This document shows positions 15,353-22,191 of a stretch of DNA of 24,000 nucleotides, piece after piece. Made by a program: the position numbers and the translations under genes. The first letter of the stretch is position 1. Each line of letters begins with the position of its first letter. The stretch comes from Methylophaga sp. GTDB taxonomy: Bacteria; Pseudomonadota; Gammaproteobacteria; Nitrosococcales; Methylophagaceae. The stretch lies in NCBI RefSeq assembly GCF_002696735.1, contig NZ_NZSL01000019.1; one strand, 5' to 3'. The notes beneath the pieces were generated by a model. It saw nothing but the letters and a program-made list of their open reading frames with translations, ran no database searches and was not told the origin of the DNA.

Positions 15353-15388
15353 TTCAGGTGTCCTGTAGGCGTCCTGCAGGACTTGTAG
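15353..15388. repeat. Iteron R2
   Basis: TTCAGGTGTCCTGTAGGCGTCCTGCAGGACTT. It sits immediately upstream of a possible promoter (TTGATT, 18 nt, TAATCT) for the parM-like operon. Confidence 0.8.
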
Positions 15389-15588
15389 GGGTTGATTTTA
15401 TAGGTGCGCCCGAGGTAATCTATATTTGTCCGTCAAATCTGACGCTCCTGCGCATAACTTCCACGGAAGTGTGCATCAAAAAAGGCCTACTTCAGGCCAT
15501 ATTTCAAACTCAATCTATCGCGTGCTTGCTTAAAGGCTCCAGATGCCTTTGTGTGCGCGTTTTTCTGTATTTCCGTGGAGGAACGCTG

Positions 15589-16590
15589 GTGAACAATATT
15601 AATCCTGTAATTCGTGCTGTAGACGTAGGCTATGGCAATACTAAATTCATTCGTAACATTGTTAATGGTCGTGCTGAGGCAGATCACTTTCCATCAATTG
15701 TTAACCGCCCCAGTGTTAACAAGAATAGCTTTCAAGAAAGTCCTGATATCTACCAAGTCGTTGTGAATGGTAATCGCTATGAAGTGGGGCCAGGCATTGA
15801 TGCCGCACTTGAAGGCGGTGTTCGCATCATGCATGAAAATTATATTGAGACCGAAGACTACATGGCATTGATGTATGGTGCTCTTACACAAATGGACGTG
15901 GATGTTATTGATTTATTGGTTGTGGGTTTACCAGTTGATCTCATGAGTAGTAAAAGGTCGCTTTTAGAAAAACGGCTTGTTGGTTCTCATCGCGTTGGAA
16001 ATCGTGACGTTCAAATCAAAAAGGTTAACGCGGTAGCTCAACCATTAGGTGGGTTTTTGCACTACGCATCACAAGCAAAATTGCTAGAGGAATTGAGCAG
16101 CACTAGAAATTTATTGATTGATCCAGGCTTTTTCACAGTCGATTTTCTTGTATCAACTGGCTTGAGAGAAATTAGTGGTAAAAGTGGCAGTCACCCAACC
16201 GGAATGAGTGCTTATTTGAAAGCTGTGGCCAAAGGTATCAGCGAAGACCTCTCTATCAATTACGACAACATTTCTCATATTGATGAAGGGATTCGTAAAG
16301 GCCGGTTCCGTCTGTATGGCCAGGATGTAGATTTAGCAAAATATCATCAGGCAGCACTGACTGAAATAATGCCAGCAGTGGACGCTATTTCAAATAAGGT
16401 CGGTGACGGTCGGAGCATCGATCAGATTATTTTGGTAGGCGGTGGTGCCAGAATCTTTTTAGATCCCATTAAGAAACTGCTACCTAAACATCACGTTCAT
16501 TGTGATGAGCATTCAGTATTGGCAAACGTGCTTGGCTTTCAAAAGATTGGTGAAGCTTGGTATGCACGGAATCACCGTGAGGTAGCGTAA
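15589..16590 (+). CDS. ParM/StbA-family actin-like segregation ATPase (333 aa from GTG)
   Basis: GGAGGA, 6 nt, then GTG at 15589. The N-terminus NNINPVIRAVDVGYGNTKF is the phosphate-1 motif of StbA/ParM-like proteins. DPGFFTVDF and LVGGGA fit the later actin-fold motifs. The 410-aa track ORF adds an implausible 77-codon extension that covers iteron R2. Confidence 0.8.
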   Translation: MNNINPVIRAVDVGYGNTKFIRNIVNGRAEADHFPSIVNRPSVNKNSFQESPDIYQVVVNGNRYEVGPGIDAALEGGVRIMHENYIETEDYMALMYGALTQMDVDVIDLLVVGLPVDLMSSKRSLLEKRLVGSHRVGNRDVQIKKVNAVAQPLGGFLHYASQAKLLEELSSTRNLLIDPGFFTVDFLVSTGLREISGKSGSHPTGMSAYLKAVAKGISEDLSINYDNISHIDEGIRKGRFRLYGQDVDLAKYHQAALTEIMPAVDAISNKVGDGRSIDQIILVGGGARIFLDPIKKLLPKHHVHCDEHSVLANVLGFQKIGEAWYARNHREVA

Positions 16591-16847
16591 TGGTTGAGCT
16601 AATTCGGATGAATCAGAAAATTCCAAGAGTCGAAGATCCTGAGCTTTATGAATATCTGTCTAAATTCAATGACAGAGGAAGAGCATATCAAGCACGAAAG
16701 CTTATGCTTTTAGGTTTGGTGCAACTAGGAAAGTTAAATGGTGGTGAGTTAGATGTGATGCCCCATCCTTCTGGCCAGAAAGATATCAGTATCGAAAAGG
16801 ATGAGTTTGATCTCATCGCGGATGCCGGCGTGGGTGAATTGTTTTGA
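16590..16847 (+). CDS. Small acidic protein (85 aa), candidate ParR-like adaptor
   Basis: TAATG overlap with the parM-like gene. The position is equivalent to parR in parMRC loci. There is no sequence-level recognition. Confidence 0.5.
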   Translation: MVELIRMNQKIPRVEDPELYEYLSKFNDRGRAYQARKLMLLGLVQLGKLNGGELDVMPHPSGQKDISIEKDEFDLIADAGVGELF

Positions 16848-16857
16848 CAGTCCCAAA

Positions 16858-16899
16858 CAAAAAAGCCCCAACCTTATTGCAAAGGTAGGGGCTTTCTAT
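16858..16899. terminator. Bidirectional rho-independent terminator (parM operon / leader module B)
   Basis: AAAAAAGCCCCAACCTT-ATTGCA-AAGGTAGGGGCTTTCTATT. There are U-rich runs on both strands. Confidence 0.75.
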
Positions 16900-16932
16900 T
16901 ATCTCCGTGGAAATAATCTCTTAATAGGGTTT

Positions 16933-17031
16933 TTAGTCTTTACGGTGCTTTTTGTGTTCCTGATAATAAGCAATCGAGAACACTATAGCGCACACAAGAA
17001 AAATGATGCCAGAAGCTATTGTGAGGTTCAT
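16933..17031 (-). CDS. Small membrane peptide B2 (32 aa; TM plus basic tail). Not in the ORF track.
   Basis: AAGGAGGAGG, 5 nt, then ATG: MNLTIASGIIFLVCAIVFSIAYYQEHKKHRKD. The start overlaps the stop of the upstream frame (AAUGA). It resembles the A2 tail EKRKHKDKH. Confidence 0.6.
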   Translation of the reverse strand: MNLTIASGIIFLVCAIVFSIAYYQEHKKHRKD

Positions 17032-17234
17032 TTTTCCTCCTCCTTCGTTTTAGGTTTTTCAGAACATGGTGCCTCAATTATACCAAGGAGCCAGGTACAT
17101 ACTGAAAACATTATTGGCCAAATAAAATCGCTAAATCATTTGTCATTGACCAGCACACTAATCAAAGCAGCAAGAAATACAGCAATAGCTATTTTCCTGA
17201 TGTCATCTTGTACCGATTTAAAGTTAAGCCTCAT
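17028..17234 (-). pseudogene. B1: a 68-codon small-membrane-protein frame with an in-frame TGA at codon 33
   Basis: MRLNFKSVQDDIRKIAIAVFLAALISVLVNDK, then TGA (17136-17138), then FSDFIWPIMFSVCTWLLGIIEAPCSEKPKTKEEEK. Its position and its coupling to B2 are the same as for A1/A2. Confidence 0.5.
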
Positions 17235-17430
17235 AGGCACTCTCCAAATAAAAAAGGGAGAACGCCGCCCCTGAAAGGAGAAACATTCTCCCTTCAGGGT
17301 TGAGGTAATCTGCCACCTTAGTAACAGTTACATTTTGCAGGATACTAACCGAAGTTAGCATCTATTGAGCACAGCATTTAAGCAGCTGTGGCACTTCAGG
17401 TACTTGAATACTCAAGTACGCAGAATCTGT
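17235..17430 (-). promoter_or_regulatory. Structured 5' leader, copy B
   Basis: It aligns with copy A along its whole length, with long identical blocks (e.g. the 44-nt run GATTCTGCGTACTTGA-to-CTGCTT, interrupted only by three changes in the P1 loop). P3 becomes GAUGCUAAC-UUCG-GUUAGUAUC. The terminator-like pairing is GGGAGAA...UUCUCCC plus U6. Confidence 0.7.
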
Positions 17431-17436
17431 AATTCA

Positions 17437-17465
17437 ATATTACGCTTAACCGGAAATGATGGCAA
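17437..17465 (-). promoter_or_regulatory. Sigma70-type promoter of leader B
   Basis: TTGCCA (17465-17460), 17 nt, TAATAT (17442-17437). Confidence 0.6.
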
Positions 17466-17466
17466 T

Positions 17467-18693
17467 TTACCCCTTGAGTACAATTACTCTATCAGTAGAT
17501 ATGCCTTTAATCGGTCCCTCATCTTGTATGGCACCTATTAGACGCAGCTCGTTTAGAAGGTCTGAAGGACTGTCCGTGTAGCTTCTGAATGTAGTGGGGT
17601 ATTTCACTTTTATGGTATTGCCTTCCTGCTTGGCATATTCGGACGTGATACGTTTCTTTTGAATATCCACCTTGAGTCTGGCCACAAAGTTTTTCGCAGT
17701 GATTTCGTCATCATGCTCTGGCGGATAATCATCAATATTCTGTGGTGGTTCTTCCATCTCAGGTGGCATGGAGTCTATTTGATTTGACGGTATAGGCTCT
17801 ACTGGAGCGTGACTGCTTTGTTTCGGAGCTGGTTCTTTTGCTGCTTGTTGTGGTTTAACAGGCGTGGTTTTAATGAATTCACCAGTCTCTTTGTCAATCT
17901 GCTCACTTGATGGGGCCGGATTGTCTCTAGGTTTGTTGGCCTTTTCGGCTTGGATCAGTGCTGCTTCAAAAGAGATTTCATCACGCAAAGTAGATGTGGC
18001 TCTGACAATGATCGAGTACAACGGATTGTCTTGGATTTTATGGCCACCCGCTAGAATATCTAACATGCAGTCCATAAGCTCATGGTCACCATATATCCAC
18101 TCAATGCCTTCTGTGGGGACAATATCCCTGATATGAAGTACGGTGCTTGTATAGGACAGTGAGCGTGTAATCCCTGGTACTTTTCTCATGCGATAATGAT
18201 TGAATTCATCGATACGGTGTTTCCAGCACTGCCACTCACCGGCAGGTTTATCATTTTTGGCAAAGCCAATGATCTTCACACCCAGCATTTGCCCACCAAA
18301 GTCTCGAAGGAGTGCGGCAACAAATAAGCCATATGTCCAACACTCACCTCGATGTGATATTTCCTCTGGCTTACATTTTAGTGGCAGCAGTGTTCCCAGT
18401 CGAAGCTTTAAGGTCAATGCTACACGCTTAATAGCAACTTCAATTGCGCCACCCTTTTTTGCGTACTCCCCTTCATGACCAAACGGACGAAGCTGAAGCA
18501 TTTCTGCCAGACGCTCTATTGCCGGCAAGTAATAGCTATCAAAATATGCTCGTGTACAACCGGCATCATTGCGGATCTTTTTAATCAGCAATGAATGAGG
18601 GGCAAGTAGGTCTTTAGCAGTAAGAAATGGGATTCCATCAGCAGGAATAGATGTTGATGGTGCTAGTAAAGTGGTTTTTCGACGGCCAAACAT
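17467..18693 (-). CDS. TraI_2/MOBH-relaxase-like protein (408 aa), with apparent substitutions in the catalytic motifs
   Basis: GGAGAA precedes the ATG at 18693, and the longer track ORF would run through a terminator. The N-terminal ~250 aa align, from memory, with the ICE relaxase family PFL_4751/TraI_2 (LLAPHSLLIKKI...YLPAIERLAEMLQLRPF...GGAIEVAIKRVALTLKLR...ECWTYGLFVAALLRDFGG). A P/Q/E-rich linker and a small C-terminal domain follow. Confidence 0.55.
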   Translation of the reverse strand: MFGRRKTTLLAPSTSIPADGIPFLTAKDLLAPHSLLIKKIRNDAGCTRAYFDSYYLPAIERLAEMLQLRPFGHEGEYAKKGGAIEVAIKRVALTLKLRLGTLLPLKCKPEEISHRGECWTYGLFVAALLRDFGGQMLGVKIIGFAKNDKPAGEWQCWKHRIDEFNHYRMRKVPGITRSLSYTSTVLHIRDIVPTEGIEWIYGDHELMDCMLDILAGGHKIQDNPLYSIIVRATSTLRDEISFEAALIQAEKANKPRDNPAPSSEQIDKETGEFIKTTPVKPQQAAKEPAPKQSSHAPVEPIPSNQIDSMPPEMEEPPQNIDDYPPEHDDEITAKNFVARLKVDIQKKRITSEYAKQEGNTIKVKYPTTFRSYTDSPSDLLNELRLIGAIQDEGPIKGISTDRVIVLKG

Positions 18694-18793
18694 GGATTTC
18701 TCCGTAGAGTAGTTCGGCAAATTTAGATGGTTGTGCGAGAAATGTGTAGGTTTAACCGGATATTGATCGATGCCGGTTATGTTTCCGTGAGGC

Positions 18794-18824
18794 AAAAAAA
18801 GCCTCACTTCAATGAAGTGAGGCT
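18794..18824 (-). terminator. Rho-independent terminator after the 140-aa gene
   Basis: Minus-sense AGCCUCACUUCA-U-UGAAGUGAGGCU followed by UUUUUUU. Confidence 0.75.
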
Positions 18825-18831
18825 GGCTTGT

Positions 18832-19254
18832 CTACAGGTATTGTAGCTTTTTAACATCGAACGTTACCGATGCAGGTTCAAATCTTGGAGATTCAACCGG
18901 AATACCACTTCCATTAATTTTCTCGATTTTGTACCAGGCATGCTGGCTGTCATCGAAAAAGTGCGAAAGACGTACTTTTTTCCCTAGCTTATTCATACAT
19001 ACGGTCGTGTTGTAACTAAACTCACTCAAATCGCCTTCAGGCTTCCAAGTAGTTATGTTCCGTGACGGTTGCAACAAGGCAGGGAGATTACGACTTAACA
19101 ACAACTTAAATGGCACAAAAAACATTCTCGACATTACCGTTTGGTGTGTGTCGGGATCATATTTACCTTGTCGTTGAAGTGAGGCGATTACTTTTTGGTC
19201 GTAGCAAAAAACAAAAAAGGCAATCGCCAGTAACGTAGGAATAATATCTTGCAT
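18832..19254 (-). CDS. Hypothetical N-terminally anchored membrane protein (140 aa)
   Basis: The N-terminal TM segment is IIPTLLAIAFFVFCY. GAGGAGAAAGAAAG precedes the ATG. It lies directly downstream of leader copy C. Confidence 0.65.
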   Translation of the reverse strand: MQDIIPTLLAIAFFVFCYDQKVIASLQRQGKYDPDTHQTVMSRMFFVPFKLLLSRNLPALLQPSRNITTWKPEGDLSEFSYNTTVCMNKLGKKVRLSHFFDDSQHAWYKIEKINGSGIPVESPRFEPASVTFDVKKLQYL

Positions 19255-19460
19255 CTTTCTTTCTCCTCAAAGTGATAAATACAACCCATAGAGAAAGATC
19301 GCCCCCATAAGGAGAGATAAATCCCCTTATGGGTTGATGCTATCCACGCTTCCTTGGAAGCGTGGTTATTAGATTACAACCGGTCATTGAACGGATGTAA
19401 TTGAGCGCAACGTATAGTGGTTGCGACACTTCTCGCAGCTAATGTATTAGCTACAAAGAT
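19255..19460 (-). promoter_or_regulatory. Structured 5' leader, copy C (divergent)
   Basis: Same hairpin order as A and B, with compensatory changes: P1 GUAGCUAA/UUAGCUGC, P2 CGCAAC/GUUGCG, P4 CCACGCUUCC-AA-GGAAGCGUGG, P5 CCCAUAAGGGGA/UCUCCUUAUGGG. The single-stranded GAAGUG, CUCAA and UCAACCC are conserved. Confidence 0.6.
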
Positions 19461-19466
19461 AGGATG

Positions 19467-19495
19467 ATAATATCGGCTAAATCGTCACTAATCAA
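19467..19495 (-). promoter_or_regulatory. Sigma70-type promoter of leader C
   Basis: TTGATT (19495-19490), 17 nt, TATTAT (19472-19467). Confidence 0.55.
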
Positions 19496-19717
19496 GCTGA
19501 TGCCATGCTGCAATGAGTCAAAAGTATGAACCGATAGACACTTGTTTAAGAGCTTTTTACTTATTGTGCGCTCATTACTTGCGCTATTAGAAAAGCGTTA
19601 TAGACTTAATGTAAGTTCATCCTGAGTTAAAACGGACATCTTGGTGCATCTTCCTTGGCATACATGTCTTTTTAGTTGCTCCATGCACGGGTGAGAACAA
19701 CAAAAAAGGACCTAAAA

Positions 19718-20242
19718 ATGCCAATTATAGATATGCTTCTTTTAGCGATAATTTTTACAGCTGGATTTGCCGTTGTATCAGTCTGGTTGTCAATGCTTTA
19801 CTTTAAAGTGACTCGCGGTGCAGATGAGCTAACAATTCCGTTCAAAGCAAGAGGCTTTGTTAAATATTTGCCTATCGTTACCATGTTATTAACCTTTGTC
19901 TGGTCTTTCTTGCTACATACTGAGATTTCTAGAGACCTTTTGAAAGGTATGGCTTGGTTTTCAGTTGGATTATTAATTCTCCAAGTTATGTTGGTATTAA
20001 TGACATTACTGAGTGTAGATTGCCGTCAAAGAGCCAGAGAATCAGTTGAAGGTCGCGTAGTTCATTATTTGCTTATTGCCACCGTCATCTCAGCATCTTT
20101 TGCTTGGAAGGCTTTCGCATGGTTTCTACGTCTTGCTGCGAGCACAAGGTCAGCTCGTTACAATGGTGGCTCACCTTACGGATATCATGGTTATGAATCA
20201 TACGAAGATAAATCACGTCGTATCAATGGAGGCCCTTACTAG
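19718..20242 (+). CDS. Hypothetical polytopic membrane protein (174 aa from ATG 19718)
   Basis: AAAGGA, 7 nt, then ATG: MPIIDMLLLAIIFTAGFAVVSVWL..., with four hydrophobic segments. The 14-codon TTG extension in the track is unlikely. Confidence 0.65.
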   Translation: MPIIDMLLLAIIFTAGFAVVSVWLSMLYFKVTRGADELTIPFKARGFVKYLPIVTMLLTFVWSFLLHTEISRDLLKGMAWFSVGLLILQVMLVLMTLLSVDCRQRARESVEGRVVHYLLIATVISASFAWKAFAWFLRLAASTRSARYNGGSPYGYHGYESYEDKSRRINGGPY

Positions 20243-20256
20243 AGCCTCCATTTTTG
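20228..20256 (+). terminator. Putative rho-independent terminator
   Basis: GGAGGC-CCUUACUAGA-GCCUCC followed by AUUUUUGAUUAUUUU. Confidence 0.5.
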
Positions 20257-20257
20257 A

Positions 20258-21823
20258 TTATTTTGTTACCGCGTTTTTAGCCATCTCTGTACCCTGATTA
20301 CCTGCACCTTTAGCTTCATTGCCTGCTGCAGTTGATGCAGAGCTAGCTGCGCTAGCGCCACGCTCTCCACCCCACCCTAGAATAGATAGAAAGTAGTAAG
20401 GCAGTGCCATGTAGAGCGCTAAAACTAATAGGTCAATGATTGAGTCAAGCATCCAGTTTTGATGACTGAGCATTTCATGAATAAAGTTAGAATCACGCGC
20501 GCCGAGTATAACCTGCTGAAGATTGCTATCTAAAAAGTCTGTAACTGCCCATATAGTAGTCCAGAATTTAATTGCGAATATTGTAATTGTTGCAGTCTTA
20601 ATAGTGCTCCAGGAGTAGTTACCAACCAGTAAAACCCAAGGGAGTAAGAAGTACGTCGCCATAAGCATTGTTGCTTGTATGTAAGGTGCCATCTGTTTCA
20701 CCATAAAAACTGCTGGCTGTATGAGAACTTCAGCAACCTTTGCTCCTGCTGTACCTGCTGTTCCTCCAAATACATCTCCAGCAAGGTCAAGTGCAGACAT
20801 AGATAAAATATCACCTAGACCTATATCAATAGTGGTGCTACCACCAACATTGAGTCCATCATAAATAGATTTACCTTCGTTTCTTAGCATCTCGCGAATG
20901 GCTGCATTCTCTAGTTCATCTGACGAAGAGAATGCCATAGTGCCAAATCTATCCCATATAGAAGCTGGGAATTCTTCTGAAAGCCCCTCCCTTATCCCTA
21001 CTGAACTATCATTCCACCATTCGTGACAGCTAGGATATCCATTTTGAGGTGTAACGTTGTTTTGGTTTGCAGTTGCATGTGCATTATCACTCTGCCGATT
21101 TGTGTCAAACTCAAAACCAGAAACAGGATGCTTTGCATATTCAGTTTGGTAGAAATTATTATTGAAATATTGAGAGCCCGGCCATGCTATGTCTGTAACG
21201 TCAATACTGTCGGGCAATTCTCTATGATTATTATAGAAATCAGCTACCGCAGGTTTAAAGCATTCCGTCACAAAGCGTTGTGTTTGACGTTTAAGATGTG
21301 GATCAGATATGAGAATAGTAGATAGTTCATATTCCACCTGACGCATGTTAATCTCACAAGGCAGTCTAGTTATAACAGCATCGTTAATACCTCCCGACAC
21401 TGACATAACGATATAAAACCATGGTGGTACTTTCGCTTCCTGATTATTTAGTAAGTTAGGTTTAAATATCTCATCAAATCGAGTTCCCGAGTTTCCAGCA
21501 GTCACGGTACTGCCCGGTGTGCCTGATTCAGTTTGGCATGCCTTTGTGTAACTGATTGCACCGTACTGAATAGTCATATACGGTGACACAGCGAGCATCA
21601 TCATGATAATCAAACGGATTATATCTATCTCTACACGTCTGAGTGATGTTACGGCTGCTGCTTTGGCTTCCTGGCTCTCAATCGGTTTAACAACATTGTC
21701 AATGATTACAGCAAAAAATGGTAAATAAGCAAGTCCAGTACTAGATATGACCCCCCATACGATCTCGTATAAATGCCACCCGAAAGTGGTCATAAACATT
21801 TCAATAAAGCTACCTGTTGACAT
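20258..21823 (-). CDS. traG: TraG-N-domain conjugal transfer membrane protein (ICE/MPF_G type, 521 aa)
   Basis: The start MSTGSFIEMFMTTFGWHLYEIVWGVISSTGLAYLPFFAVIIDNV matches the N-terminus typical of ICE TraG-N proteins. There are multiple TM segments and a large periplasmic middle domain. The gene follows the PFL_4711-like gene and a small membrane gene, as in PFGI-1/ICEclc-type clusters (from memory). Confidence 0.75.
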   Translation of the reverse strand: MSTGSFIEMFMTTFGWHLYEIVWGVISSTGLAYLPFFAVIIDNVVKPIESQEAKAAAVTSLRRVEIDIIRLIIMMMLAVSPYMTIQYGAISYTKACQTESGTPGSTVTAGNSGTRFDEIFKPNLLNNQEAKVPPWFYIVMSVSGGINDAVITRLPCEINMRQVEYELSTILISDPHLKRQTQRFVTECFKPAVADFYNNHRELPDSIDVTDIAWPGSQYFNNNFYQTEYAKHPVSGFEFDTNRQSDNAHATANQNNVTPQNGYPSCHEWWNDSSVGIREGLSEEFPASIWDRFGTMAFSSSDELENAAIREMLRNEGKSIYDGLNVGGSTTIDIGLGDILSMSALDLAGDVFGGTAGTAGAKVAEVLIQPAVFMVKQMAPYIQATMLMATYFLLPWVLLVGNYSWSTIKTATITIFAIKFWTTIWAVTDFLDSNLQQVILGARDSNFIHEMLSHQNWMLDSIIDLLVLALYMALPYYFLSILGWGGERGASAASSASTAAGNEAKGAGNQGTEMAKNAVTK

Positions 21824-21828
21824 AGTGT

Positions 21829-22191
21829 TTAACTCATCAATCGTGCTGGTACGGCTTCGACTACGACAAACTCGAAGGCGATTATAAATACGGCTACACG
21901 CCAACGCATTGCTTGGGCTCTTTGTATTTGAACATCATCAAAACCTTTGGCTTTTCCATACAATTCAGCAATCTGATCCCAGAACATAATTACTGCACCA
22001 AGAAATCCCCATCGTATATATCGTGCTACAGATTCAAAGCTACTCATGGTTTGTACAAAGTAGGCCACTTCTTGATGTGTCTGTGCAGCTACATTTAGCA
22101 GTCCAAGAATAACTATTAGAGCGACAGTAATACCTGCTAACCACAGCAATGACTTTTTAAGAAAACGACGTGATCTACTTATTATGGCCAT
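21829..22191 (-). CDS. Small T4SS-associated membrane protein (120 aa)
   Basis: Three hydrophobic segments. TAATG overlap with the upstream gene, and the stop lies 5 nt before the traG start. Confidence 0.7.
   Translation of the reverse strand: MAIISRSRRFLKKSLLWLAGITVALIVILGLLNVAAQTHQEVAYFVQTMSSFESVARYIRWGFLGAVIMFWDQIAELYGKAKGFDDVQIQRAQAMRWRVAVFIIAFEFVVVEAVPARLMS

Noticed and set aside
15358-15588. 77-codon N-terminal extension of the ParM-like ORF
   Set aside because: The extension begins inside iteron R2 and lacks an SD. A strong GGAGGA-N6-GTG sits exactly before the conserved ParM/StbA N-terminal motif.
16801-17274. 157-aa plus-strand ORF
   Set aside because: It runs straight through the bidirectional terminator, is antisense to B2/B1 and extends into the leader. 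It is an artefact of an AT-rich stop-free stretch.
18694-18807. 38-codon N-terminal extension of the relaxase-like ORF
   Set aside because: It would include the rho-independent terminator of the upstream gene. A GGAGAA SD precedes the internal ATG at 18693.
18870-18890. GGTTCAAATCT, a tRNA T-arm-like motif
   Set aside because: No acceptor or anticodon stems can be drawn around it, and it lies inside the 140-aa CDS. I found no tRNA/tmRNA gene or obvious att site in the window.
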